Virus record (IMG/VR): IMGVR_UViG_3300036851_000283
Location: 1 to 58,751 of that record
Length of the DNA: 58,751 bases
Source: a virus
Lineage: Duplodnaviria; Caudoviricetes
Reading direction: 5' to 3' (one strand)
Below are positions 1-9,307 of this stretch, piece by piece (the stretch's first letter is position 1; each line of letters opens with the position of its first letter). A program made the position numbers and the translations under genes. The notes under the pieces were generated by a model, which did no database searches, was not told where the DNA came from, and was given only the letters and a program-made list of their open reading frames with translations.

Positions 1-127
1 GATTTCCGATTTGAAGCAGGAGATTGCAACCCGCCAAAAAATAACCCGCGAGCGTTCGCCGTCTCCTTACAACGCGGAGACGCTGCGATTGCGTCAGGAA
101 CTCGAAACTTTGCAGGCCGAGCGCGAT
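1..127. repeat. Terminal direct repeat copy 1 (circular assembly overlap)
   Basis: Bases 1-127 are identical to 58625-58751; 127 is a common assembler k-mer; the reading frame continues across the join. Confidence 0.95.
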
Positions 128-2023
128 TCCATTTTTGGAACAGGACTGACCCCCGCGCAACAACTGGAGCGGGCGGAGAAATCTGCCGAGCGTCAGATTG
201 CGGAGTTGGAGCGCCAGATTAAAACCGGCGAGATATTCTCCAAGAGCAAAGTGCCGTTCAGCGGCGAAAGCCCGCAATTGACTGCGGCCAAAGCGAAGAT
301 CGAGGAATTGAAACTGCAACGCCAGTTTGCGCGGGAGGCAATCCAGCCAAGAACCGAGCCGGAGGTTGTCAGGAACGAAGCCCGCGTGAAGTCGCTCGAC
401 AAGCAGATTCAGGCCATCGAAAAACAACTCGCGGACGATGCGGTATTCAGCAAGCCAAAGAAAGAGCGGACCCCATCGGAAGATTCGCGCATCCAGGAAA
501 GAGAGGCGAAACTGGAGGAGTTGAAGAAAGAACGCCAGTTTGCGCGGGAGCGAAATCAGCCGGGAATCGAGCCACATGAAGCCTTCCTCTTGAACTACCT
601 AATGCGACTGCGACGGAGCGAGGCTGATTATACCGACCGTCTGGCGAAAGGTGACTTTCAAAAGAAGGCCAAGAAAGAGCCTGAAACCGATCCTCAGATT
701 CTTGCGGCAATGGCGAAGGTTGAAAAGGCCAAGAGCGACTATCGGCGGGGACTGGCTCAATACGAGCTTAACCGACGCAGCCGAAACCAGAAGATTTGGG
801 ACGGCATCAAGCTGGCGAAGAATGCGTTTGTGAACATCATTTCATCTTACGACTTCTCTGCGCCACGGCAGGCTTTTGGCGCCATTCTTGGAAACGCGAC
901 CCGGCTGATAACTAATCCAAAGCGCGGCGCCGAACTATTGGCCACCCCGTTCCGTGACATGTTCCGGGCGTGGGCAAGTGAGGAAACATCATCCGTAATT
1001 GAGCAGCGCATCAAGAACCGACCGAACGCGCTCAATGGTGCGGACAAGAAGGCTGGGATTCAGTACACCGATCTTCACAACCCCATCTTCACCAAGCGCG
1101 AGGAAAACGCCCAATCCGTTTTGGACGACCTGGCGGCGCTGCCAATCAAGACCGGAAACGCGCTAAAAACTACCGTTACCGCGCCGCTCAAGATTGCAGC
1201 CAAAGGCGTGCGAATGAGCAATCGCGCCTTCGTCACCTATTTGAACGTGACCCGCGCCGGACTCTTTGATGAACTGCTGCGGGCGCAGTTTTCCGACCGT
1301 CCTCCAACTGATGTCGAACTAAAAGTCATTGGCAACATTGTCAACCTTGCAACCGGGCGTGGTGATCTAAGTCCGGGCGTGGCAAAAGCTGCGAGCGAGA
1401 TTCTTTGGGCGCCAAGCCTGCTGGCCAGCCGGATTCAAACCCTGGTCGGACAGCCATTTTGGGGCAAGTCAGGGCGTGAAGGAGGAAGTCGGGCACGGAA
1501 GATCGCCGCTCAGGAGTACGCCCGATGGATTGTTTCAGGGGCGGCACTGTACGCCATAAGCAGATTGTTCGACGACGACGATGACAAAATCACATCAAGC
1601 GATGCGGGCAAGATCGTTCGCGGTAACACCCGCATTGACCCGTGGGCTGGCTACCAACAAAACGTGGTTCTGGCGGCTCGCTTGGCGACGGGAGAAACCA
1701 CGTCATCCACGACCGGAAAGACCCGCGACATCTCGGGATTCGGGACCGGCGAAGTCATCTGGAATTTCTTAAAAAACAAGACGCGACCAGACATCGCCGC
1801 CGCCGTGAAGTTGGCGATTGCCGCAATTGATTCAGGCAAGGATTCCGGGGTTCGGGTAACTCCCGGCGAGGCAGTAAAATCCGTCGTTCCGGTTCCGCTG
1901 GCGTTGCGGGAAGTTGTCGAGGTTATGCGTGACCGAGGAATGACAGAGGGGGCAATCATATCGGCCTTGGCCGTGTTTGGCGCTGGCGTCTCGGTTTACG
2001 AGGATAAAGAGATTCAAAAATAG
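1..2023 (+). CDS. Large internal virion/ejection protein, C-terminal part
   Basis: Continuation of the 55446 ORF; charged coiled-coil repeats (IFSK...AKIEELK..RQFARE twice) followed by a helical C-terminal region. Confidence 0.8.
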   Translation, partial: ISDLKQEIATRQKITRERSPSPYNAETLRLRQELETLQAERDSIFGTGLTPAQQLERAEKSAERQIAELERQIKTGEIFSKSKVPFSGESPQLTAAKAKIEELKLQRQFAREAIQPRTEPEVVRNEARVKSLDKQIQAIEKQLADDAVFSKPKKERTPSEDSRIQEREAKLEELKKERQFARERNQPGIEPHEAFLLNYLMRLRRSEADYTDRLAKGDFQKKAKKEPETDPQILAAMAKVEKAKSDYRRGLAQYELNRRSRNQKIWDGIKLAKNAFVNIISSYDFSAPRQAFGAILGNATRLITNPKRGAELLATPFRDMFRAWASEETSSVIEQRIKNRPNALNGADKKAGIQYTDLHNPIFTKREENAQSVLDDLAALPIKTGNALKTTVTAPLKIAAKGVRMSNRAFVTYLNVTRAGLFDELLRAQFSDRPPTDVELKVIGNIVNLATGRGDLSPGVAKAASEILWAPSLLASRIQTLVGQPFWGKSGREGGSRARKIAAQEYARWIVSGAALYAISRLFDDDDDKITSSDAGKIVRGNTRIDPWAGYQQNVVLAARLATGETTSSTTGKTRDISGFGTGEVIWNFLKNKTRPDIAAAVKLAIAAIDSGKDSGVRVTPGEAVKSVVPVPLALREVVEVMRDRGMTEGAIISALAVFGAGVSVYEDKEIQK

Positions 2024-2025
2024 CC

Positions 2026-2457
2026 ATGATTCTCAAACTAAAGTCGCCTCAAGCGCAATTTCCAAATGCAGGTTGGCCTTTTAAGGACCCGAGAACCGGC
2101 TTCACCGTCAAAGGCGTTGCCGCGTACGAACAAACCGCGCACGGCCTCGCTCACAAGATCATCAAGAATCGTCGCGCCAATCCGCATTTGTATTCGGCGA
2201 GCGAGCCGCAATGGTTTGATACCGAGAGTGTCGTTCAAGAAATCTATCAACTGAAAAAGTCAACGCACCCGGAATTGTTCACCGATTCTACAGCGTCTTT
2301 ACCAGCGCCCACCGCCGACAAGAAGGTAACGACCCCGCAAGGCTTGAAGTGCCCGGAGTGCGGAAGCGCAGATGTGACGGCATTGGGCTGCAAAACTTGT
2401 TCAGGAAATCGCATTAAATCTTACAAGTGCAACGCTTGCAATAAGGGCTGGAAATGA
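2026..2457 (+). CDS. Hypothetical protein with C-terminal Zn ribbon
   Basis: CPECG, CKTC and CNAC motifs; follows the previous stop directly. Confidence 0.7.
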   Translation: MILKLKSPQAQFPNAGWPFKDPRTGFTVKGVAAYEQTAHGLAHKIIKNRRANPHLYSASEPQWFDTESVVQEIYQLKKSTHPELFTDSTASLPAPTADKKVTTPQGLKCPECGSADVTALGCKTCSGNRIKSYKCNACNKGWK

Positions 2458-2744
2458 AACGAACCAACTGCATTTGCGGAAGAAGTGTCATCGGACGACC
2501 AATCACATATTGGTTTCACACTGACGAAACGGTTGTTGATTGTGATTGTGGGGCACAGGCTGTAATTGAAGGAGATGAAGTGGCAAGAATGAACTGGTGT
2601 TTAACTAATGCCGCGCTGCATTACTTTGCGCCGCCCGGCACGGAAAGAAACACAATTATGGCATTCAGATACAGGGCACACGAGAGATTGTGTGACGAGG
2701 TTGCCCCAGATTTAATTCTCTGTGGACGGCTTTACACACCATGA
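2454..2744 (+). CDS. Small hypothetical protein
   Basis: ATGA overlaps at both ends. Confidence 0.6.
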   Translation: MKRTNCICGRSVIGRPITYWFHTDETVVDCDCGAQAVIEGDEVARMNWCLTNAALHYFAPPGTERNTIMAFRYRAHERLCDEVAPDLILCGRLYTP

Positions 2745-3136
2745 ACCTCCTCACCAAAGCCGCCCGCCTCAAAAACGGAATCCTTATTCTCCAAGAATGG
2801 CTTGGTGAAGGGGGAATTGCCGCCGATCAAGAACTTGCCCAGAAGCGCACAAATACGTGCATCGGCTGCCCCCTAAACCGTCCCGGCTCTTTCGCCTCCG
2901 AAGCCATCGCCAAGGCCATCAAATCCCAGGTGGAATTGAGAAACGAACTGGGGTTGCGGACCAACGGCATCAAGTCTTTGCATACGTGTCAGGCGTGCTT
3001 GTGCTATCTTCCGCTCAAAGTCTTTGTCCCGATTGAAAATCTGGCGGCTTACGAGACGGCGGAGACTCTGGCCAACTACGACCCGAATTGCTGGGTGTTG
3101 GCCGAGTCGAAAGAACTCGCGGAGGGCTTGAAATGA
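2741..3136 (+). CDS. Cys-rich hypothetical protein
   Basis: CIGCPLN, CQACLCYLPLKV and NCW motifs. Confidence 0.7.
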   Translation: MNLLTKAARLKNGILILQEWLGEGGIAADQELAQKRTNTCIGCPLNRPGSFASEAIAKAIKSQVELRNELGLRTNGIKSLHTCQACLCYLPLKVFVPIENLAAYETAETLANYDPNCWVLAESKELAEGLK

Positions 3137-3246
3137 CCGCCAAACAACTATTGGAATTCGCTTTCGAGGTTATATGCCTTGGCGACAAAGAATTTGAGGA
3201 GCTTGAAAGAAAATTGAAGGCACTGGCGGAACGAAATGTAAAATGA
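3133..3246 (+). CDS. 37-aa mini-ORF (MTAKQLLEFAFEVICLGDKEFEELERKLKALAERNVK)
   Basis: Read by hand; ATGA coupling at both ends. Confidence 0.55.
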   Translation: MTAKQLLEFAFEVICLGDKEFEELERKLKALAERNVK

Positions 3247-4181
3247 ATAAATTTATTGCCACCCTCAGCTATCACCAAGAGAACGCTCCACAGGCCGAAA
3301 GTCTGTTGGATTTCATGCTTCGCCTCAACAGCGGAAAACCCAAAGGCCATCTCCTTCTCTGCCACGATGTCGGAGTCCATGCCGAGAACCGGGAGCGCAT
3401 CAAGATTTCCGCCGGACTCGCGTTTGAGCAGGTTTACCCGCTGGAAATACGCAGGCTCGCCGATGGCAACGCGCCCAAGTCGGCCAAGATCAACAACGCC
3501 TTCTATCAGGTCGCGCAACACGTCAGCGATACCTACCTCTGGCCGTTTCTCTGGCTTGAGCCAGATTGCACGCCAACGTGTCAGGACTGGATGGATAAGC
3601 TGTGGGCACAATACGCGAACCAACCCCGAGCCTTTTTCGGAAACCGGATGCAATACCAGTTGAAGGACAAAGACCCGCAGCAGTTCATGGCCCGCGTGGG
3701 CATCTATCCACAGAACGCCATCACGATCCTGCCGCGCATCGAAGCGGCGAATCCATTTGAGTTGGTGTCGGGCAAGGTAGTCGCGCCGAAGCTTACGCCG
3801 ACGAAATTGATTCACCAACTGGCAATCAAGGGCGCGGAGGACGCGGCAAAGGTCAGGCCCGAGGCTTTGATTGTGCATGGGGATAAGAACCAGATTTTGT
3901 TGAACAGCGTAACTGTCAATCCAAAGGAAATTGATAGTAAATTGATAGTTAAATCCGTTTCGGCGCCACTCGTAATGCCAGTTTCGATAGAGGAAGCGCC
4001 ATTCAAAGCAGAGGGAACGGCGGTAATTCACACAACTGCGAAATTAAAACCAGTTGGAAGTAATCTTCCTCCCGACAACGCTCCCCGCCAAACCCGCCGC
4101 CAGAAAGCCGAAGCCTTGGACAAACAACATCGGGATTTGGTTGCAACCAATGGGGCTAGGAGTTCTACTCAGGTTGTATGA
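3243..4181 (+). CDS. Putative glycosyltransferase-like (GT-A fold) protein
   Basis: FLWLEPDCTP (DxD-like motif after a hydrophobic strand), GIYP, and C-terminal IVHGDK. Confidence 0.5.
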   Translation: MNKFIATLSYHQENAPQAESLLDFMLRLNSGKPKGHLLLCHDVGVHAENRERIKISAGLAFEQVYPLEIRRLADGNAPKSAKINNAFYQVAQHVSDTYLWPFLWLEPDCTPTCQDWMDKLWAQYANQPRAFFGNRMQYQLKDKDPQQFMARVGIYPQNAITILPRIEAANPFELVSGKVVAPKLTPTKLIHQLAIKGAEDAAKVRPEALIVHGDKNQILLNSVTVNPKEIDSKLIVKSVSAPLVMPVSIEEAPFKAEGTAVIHTTAKLKPVGSNLPPDNAPRQTRRQKAEALDKQHRDLVATNGARSSTQVV

Positions 4182-4441
4182 AGCACTGCGAGCATTTTTC
4201 GGATAAGATCGTCAGGGATTCTGACGGCAATTACGCAACGGTCTGCGAGCGGTGCGTGACCGAAGAAGATTTGGCGCATGAAGGCTACCGAGAGGCCACT
4301 TACAAGGAAGTGCGTGAACTCCAAAAAACAAATTTCACGCCTCCAAAGTTAAATCCAGAATGGTTTCACGCCACACATCGAATGCTGACGCCATCTTTTA
4401 AGACCGTAAACACAGGGGCGTATCCCAAACAGGATTATTGA
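4178..4441 (+). CDS. Small hypothetical protein
   Basis: ATGA overlap; CxH/CxxC motifs. Confidence 0.55.
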   Translation: MKHCEHFSDKIVRDSDGNYATVCERCVTEEDLAHEGYREATYKEVRELQKTNFTPPKLNPEWFHATHRMLTPSFKTVNTGAYPKQDY

Positions 4442-4696
4442 ATGAGCGAAGGGCTTACATTTGAACATTTGAAATCCATCACGTCGCAGCTAGGCGCCAC
4501 CGTGGACGACAAATACAGCCTTATTGTTTCATGGGCCACAAGCCGCTGGATTGATGATACCTCTCGGTTTTGCGAAACCTGCTATGATTGGTCGAGAAAG
4601 CGAAAGCTGAAATGGTTCAGGCGCAGAAACAAACAGCACATGAAGGAGGATGCCTCCGAAGTTAAATCCGCCCCCTCTTTCAGACCACTCCTATGA
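4442..4696 (+). CDS. Small hypothetical protein
   Basis: Abuts the upstream ORF and overlaps the portal start. Confidence 0.55.
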   Translation: MSEGLTFEHLKSITSQLGATVDDKYSLIVSWATSRWIDDTSRFCETCYDWSRKRKLKWFRRRNKQHMKEDASEVKSAPSFRPLL

Positions 4697-7026
4697 GCGA
4701 AAAACCCTCACGCTTTGCCACGCCTTCCGACTGCCTCAAGATCGTAAACGACATTGAGACTTCGATGTTGCCTCGCTCGGGCGACCGGGCGATTATCAAC
4801 GCTCAGTTTAACGGCGCCCGACCGTTCTCCGCAGCGGAGGAAAAAGAGCATCAGATTCAAGTCAACGCCAACTTCCTCGAAGGCTACAAGATTGCCCAAT
4901 CCGGCATTTTGCAGATGAACACGGCGCTCCTCTACAAAGAACGGTTCTTCAATGCCAAACTTCTCAAGGGGAAGCCTACCAAGCGTCAGGAATGGTCGGA
5001 AGCTCTGACCAACAACATTCATCGGCCACTCAAACGCGGCAAGTCGGGCAAGAAGTTCACCTACCTGATGCAGAATCGGAATGCCGCGCTCACCTTGCAC
5101 GGCATAGGCCCGCTCTGGTGGTCAAACGACTTCGACTGGATGCCAAAATTCGTTGCTCTGGACGACCTGCTTATCCCGACTGACACGCCCTTGGACTTCG
5201 AGGACGAGCTTGGATATTTCGGGGTGAATCAATGGCTGACGGCCTGGCAACTCTACAAGATGACCATGGGCGAGAAGGTCAAGCCGGGTTGGAACAAGGA
5301 ACTGGCGAAGCAGATTATCCAGTCCATGCTCGAATCCCAAAATTTCAGTCCCGACTATTGGGACAAGCCGGAAAAGTTGGAGGAGCTTTGGAAGCAGCGC
5401 AGCACGTTCCTCAACAGCGATGCCATCCCCAAGTGCAAGCTGACGACGATTTACTGTCAGGACGACAAGACGGGTCAATGGTGGCGCAAGATCATCGTCA
5501 GGGAGAATCAGGCGCTTCAAATCACCCACGTCTCAACCGACAAGTTTTTGTACGACGGGGAATCAGCTTTTGCGGAAGTCATTGACCGGGTTTTGCATGT
5601 GCAGTTTGGCGACGGCAGCGTGGTTGCGCCGTTCAAGTATCGGTCGGTTCGGGGATTGGGCGTCTTGCTTTACTCAGTCATCGAATTGATGAACCGCCTG
5701 CGTTGTCAGTTTACGCAGAGCGTGTTTACCGACTTGATGCCGCTGATTCGCATTGAGAATCCGACCGACCGCGACCGGCCAAAAATGTTGCAGATGCAAC
5801 CCTATGGCGTGGTTGACCATGGAGTTACGTTCGTCACCCAGCAGGAGCGTCACCAGCCCACCTATCAACTTGTCGAGGCTGCAATGAACGAGTTCCGGCA
5901 GTTGATGTCGGAATCAAGCTCGTCCTACGTTCAGGACATTGACACCGGCACGGGCAAGGAGATGACGTTGGGAGAGGCTCAGATTCGATTGCAGTCGGTG
6001 AACAAGATGGTGGCAAGCATGTTGAGTGCAGCGTACTTCCAAGAGGTCTTTCTTTACGAGGAAATCTTGCGCCGGTTCTTTAGCCGCACGAGTAAAGACC
6101 CGGAAGTTGTCCAGTTTCAAAGTCGTTGCAAGTCCGATGGCATCCCCGACGACATGATGAATTCGGAGTGCTGGCAGATTGATATTACGAAGGCTTTCGG
6201 TGCGGGCGATCAAAGTTTGGCCCAGCAGGAAATCGCGTTCCTATCCAACGTCGCTCCGCAGCTTGATCCCACGGCCCAGCGCAAGGTTCGCCGGATGTCT
6301 ATTTCGGTGATGACCCGAAATCCTGAGTTGGCGGATGATTTGGTGCCGCAAGAGCAGGTCATTGGCACGGAAGGGCGCAAGGCAGCGGAGAGCTTGTTTG
6401 GAACTCTCATGCAGGGCGCACAGGTCAACCCGATTGAGGGCATCGAGCAAACCGATTACATCGCGGCCATGATGCAAATGATGGGCAACGTCGTTGAACG
6501 CATCCAGACAACCGACCAGATGGGGACGATGCAGGAAGTGATGGGGCTGCAAACTGTCGCGGGCGACATCGAGCAACACCTTCAACTCATCTCCGACGAT
6601 CCGGCGCAGAAAGAGTTTGTGACCGAGGCTGGCAAGGAATTGGGCAAGCTGATGAACTTGGTCAAGGCGTTCGCGCAACGGTTGGAGGAAAAGGCTCAGG
6701 AAGGCCAGCAAGACCCGGAGAAAATGGCGAAGATTCAACTCGACCAGCAAGCTGCCGCGCAAAAGTTGGAAATCAACCAAGCTAACTTCCAGCAAAAGTT
6801 TGAACAGAAGCAGGCTTCATTTGAGCAAAAGATGGCGCAGAGCGAACAAAATCAAGCGATCAGTATTCAGCAGAGCTTGGACAGTGCCGCCGCCGAAATC
6901 GAAAGCATGAAGGCCAAGGCCATTGCTGAGATTCAGGCGTTACAGGCCAAGACTTCGGCGGAGATTCAGGCGACCAAAATCAAGGCCGAGAACCAGCCCG
7001 CCCCGGCCAAGGCAGAGAAGGCTTGA
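4693..7026 (+). CDS. Portal protein (podovirus/P22-like, long C-terminal coiled coil)
   Basis: 777 aa, helical, long Q/A/K-rich C-terminal barrel-like region; upstream of scaffold and capsid genes. Confidence 0.75.
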   Translation: MSEKPSRFATPSDCLKIVNDIETSMLPRSGDRAIINAQFNGARPFSAAEEKEHQIQVNANFLEGYKIAQSGILQMNTALLYKERFFNAKLLKGKPTKRQEWSEALTNNIHRPLKRGKSGKKFTYLMQNRNAALTLHGIGPLWWSNDFDWMPKFVALDDLLIPTDTPLDFEDELGYFGVNQWLTAWQLYKMTMGEKVKPGWNKELAKQIIQSMLESQNFSPDYWDKPEKLEELWKQRSTFLNSDAIPKCKLTTIYCQDDKTGQWWRKIIVRENQALQITHVSTDKFLYDGESAFAEVIDRVLHVQFGDGSVVAPFKYRSVRGLGVLLYSVIELMNRLRCQFTQSVFTDLMPLIRIENPTDRDRPKMLQMQPYGVVDHGVTFVTQQERHQPTYQLVEAAMNEFRQLMSESSSSYVQDIDTGTGKEMTLGEAQIRLQSVNKMVASMLSAAYFQEVFLYEEILRRFFSRTSKDPEVVQFQSRCKSDGIPDDMMNSECWQIDITKAFGAGDQSLAQQEIAFLSNVAPQLDPTAQRKVRRMSISVMTRNPELADDLVPQEQVIGTEGRKAAESLFGTLMQGAQVNPIEGIEQTDYIAAMMQMMGNVVERIQTTDQMGTMQEVMGLQTVAGDIEQHLQLISDDPAQKEFVTEAGKELGKLMNLVKAFAQRLEEKAQEGQQDPEKMAKIQLDQQAAAQKLEINQANFQQKFEQKQASFEQKMAQSEQNQAISIQQSLDSAAAEIESMKAKAIAEIQALQAKTSAEIQATKIKAENQPAPAKAEKA

Positions 7027-7040
7027 CACTGATGTATCAA
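7023..7040. promoter_or_regulatory. Palindromic -35/operator TTGACA-ctgatg-TATCAA
   Basis: One mismatch to consensus; contains the portal TGA stop. Confidence 0.7.
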
Positions 7041-7063
7041 TCGTCGTAACGTGGCGCACGTAA

Positions 7064-7348
7064 ATGGCTATCCCATATTCCCCAAAGCAACGCTTTCAGC
7101 AGAACACCGAACGGCGGCAGGCGTGGTCAGGAATCGTCGGCTCGCATGTTTACACCGATGCCATTATCCACGCTCAGGCATCCATGGCCGCAGCGGGCTT
7201 CAAGGAAAGCGAAATGACGGGCGTCAACAACTTCATCGTTTACCTGAGTAATCTCAGCGAAGATATTCCGGTCAACAATCCGATTCCGGCGAAGCAGTTG
7301 AAGTCCTACGACGAACCCTTTGGCAAACCACCGACCGAGACGCACTAA
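7064..7348 (+). CDS. Hypothetical protein (post-portal)
   Basis: 94-aa ORF downstream of the palindromic promoter. Confidence 0.65.
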   Translation: MAIPYSPKQRFQQNTERRQAWSGIVGSHVYTDAIIHAQASMAAAGFKESEMTGVNNFIVYLSNLSEDIPVNNPIPAKQLKSYDEPFGKPPTETH

Positions 7349-7351
7349 TTT

Positions 7352-7675
7352 ATGAGCAATGCAATTACACTTCCATACCAAAAACTGGCCCCTATAACCA
7401 CCGAACAACTAAAATCTGTTGCCCGGTTGCTTGCTTCAAACAAACACGCGCAGCTATCCTTATTGTTTTCGACTTTGGTGGAGGGTGGAGATGATATGCC
7501 GTTCAACCACTTGAACAGCCCGGAGTTTGGAGAAATATGGCATTCTCTTTTTTTACTAGAAAAAGTTGTTAATTTGTGCAACGGCACAAAAAATCCTTTC
7601 TGGGACGGCACCACAAATAGCGATTCGATGGCGGAAGAAATTCTCAAAGCATTCAAAGACGCCGGCGGAAAATAA
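7352..7675 (+). CDS. Hypothetical protein
   Basis: AATTTATG start context. Confidence 0.6.
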   Translation: MSNAITLPYQKLAPITTEQLKSVARLLASNKHAQLSLLFSTLVEGGDDMPFNHLNSPEFGEIWHSLFLLEKVVNLCNGTKNPFWDGTTNSDSMAEEILKAFKDAGGK

Positions 7676-7678
7676 GTT

Positions 7679-7834
7679 ATGGAAAAGGAAGTGTTAGATT
7701 TTAGGAACTACCTGTTCAGACTCAAATCAGACGACGACAGAAAAGAAGCGATTGCTGTTGCGCTGGCGGAGGTTTGTATTTGGTGTGGTGAAATAACGCA
7801 CGGCAAAATCTGCCCGTGCCAGAACGACGAATAA
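7679..7834 (+). CDS. 51-aa protein ending CIWCG...CPCQNDE
   Basis: Read by hand; fills the gap before the scaffold gene. Confidence 0.55.
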   Translation: MEKEVLDFRNYLFRLKSDDDRKEAIAVALAEVCIWCGEITHGKICPCQNDE

Positions 7835-7837
7835 TTT

Positions 7838-9067
7838 ATGCCAGAAACACTCGAAGCACCAGCACCCCCCGCCTCACCCGGAGGCATTGACGCAATGATG
7901 GCCCAGCTTGATAAAGCTGCGGCTGCGGGCAAGAACGTCGGCGATACGCCGCCAACGCCAAAGACTCCCGAAACGCCTCCTGCGGCCAAGCCAGAGGATG
8001 ACAAGCCCGCTGCCACCCCTCCGGCAGCCCCGGCTGCGGCGAAACCTGCCACGACTCCTGCTTCCCCCGCCAAACCCGCTGCGGACGAGATGAACGAAAC
8101 GGCGATGGAGGAGTTTCTCAAGAAGCATCCGAAGCCGTGGCGAGTTTATGAGGCTTCCAAGAAGAAGTGGCAGACGGAGAAGCAATCGCTGGAATCCAGG
8201 ATTGCCGAAATTTCCAACAAGCCCGCTCCAACCGCTGCCGACGACCGAAAACTTGAGGCGCTGACCAAGCAGCTTGAGGAGTATCGCGGCGAGTCCTCCA
8301 AATACAAACAGGAGTTGGTGAAGCGCGATTACACTCAGAGCGACGACTACAAAAAGAACTTCGTCGAAAAGGTGAACACGATTTACACCGAGGCCGTGGG
8401 ATTCGTCCAGCAGTTGCGTGTAAATCAAGGCGACGGCGAGCGCGTTGCGACTCAGGCTGACTTCGACGAACTCCGCGCATTGCCCCTTGGCGCACGTAGG
8501 AAGGCTGCGGTGGACAAGTTCGGGGATTACGCCAACGACGTTCTCTCATTCGTGCGCGATATTGATGTGGTCAAGCGCGATGCCAATCTGGCCGTCCAGC
8601 GTCATGCCGAACAAAACGAGAAGGAATCGGCAGAGCGCGAGACGATGACGGCCAAGCAGCGTCAGGAATACGAGGGCTATTACCGCTCGTCCTTGGAAGG
8701 CATCCAGAAAAACGAGTCTTACGGAAAATGGTTTTCAGAGAATCCTGACGACCCCGAGGCGACGCAGCTTCTCAAAAGCGGATTCGAGGAGATTGACAAA
8801 ATCTCCGCCCAACTCGACACGCTCCCTCCCGATCAACAGGCGGCTTACAGCGCGGTATTCAAGGCGCGAGCAGCGGCATTTCCGAGACTCTTGCTGGAGC
8901 ATGCCCGCTTGCTGGCCAAACAATCCGAACTCGAAGCCGAACTTGCGAAGTATCGCGGGACCGATCCCGGTGCCGAAGCGGGCGCGGGCGGCGACGGCTT
9001 GCAACCGACAAAGAGGATGAACACCGATGCGGCGGCGGCGGCTTTTGATGAAGCGCCGAGAAATTGA
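7838..9067 (+). CDS. Capsid scaffolding protein (putative)
   Basis: Pro/Ala-rich N-terminus, long charged coiled coil, between portal and capsid. Confidence 0.65.
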   Translation: MPETLEAPAPPASPGGIDAMMAQLDKAAAAGKNVGDTPPTPKTPETPPAAKPEDDKPAATPPAAPAAAKPATTPASPAKPAADEMNETAMEEFLKKHPKPWRVYEASKKKWQTEKQSLESRIAEISNKPAPTAADDRKLEALTKQLEEYRGESSKYKQELVKRDYTQSDDYKKNFVEKVNTIYTEAVGFVQQLRVNQGDGERVATQADFDELRALPLGARRKAAVDKFGDYANDVLSFVRDIDVVKRDANLAVQRHAEQNEKESAERETMTAKQRQEYEGYYRSSLEGIQKNESYGKWFSENPDDPEATQLLKSGFEEIDKISAQLDTLPPDQQAAYSAVFKARAAAFPRLLLEHARLLAKQSELEAELAKYRGTDPGAEAGAGGDGLQPTKRMNTDAAAAAFDEAPRN

Positions 9068-9101
9068 TTGACAGAATGGTGTCAATTGGTAGGGTGAACG
9101 G
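9068..9101 (+). promoter_or_regulatory. Palindromic promoter TTGACA-gaatgg-TGTCAA with -10 TAGGGT, probably leaderless
   Basis: Perfect palindrome 9068-9085; 16-nt spacer; ATG 6 nt after the -10. Confidence 0.75.
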
Positions 9102-9305
9102 ATGAACAGAATCGAAAAGAAAAACAAACTCCTTTTAGCCAAACCTGACATTGACTGCGCCATCAAAAAACATGGCCTTGATGCAGTTCGATACGTTGTA
9201 GCCCGCCGAGTCGAACTTGAAAAAGCCAAGCGCAATCTCGCAGCCGAGAAAAGTAAGCTCCAGAAGCGAATGGAGGAAATCGAAGCAAAGCTTGCTAGAA
9301 AATAG
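9102..9305 (+). CDS. Small basic coiled-coil protein
   Basis: 67-aa ORF directly after the promoter. Confidence 0.65.
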   Translation: MNRIEKKNKLLLAKPDIDCAIKKHGLDAVRYVVARRVELEKAKRNLAAEKSKLQKRMEEIEAKLARK

Positions 9306-9307
9306 CG

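Noticed and set aside
1-127. Biological direct terminal repeat
   Set aside because: Exactly 127 bp and in mid-gene, which fits an assembler k-mer overlap.
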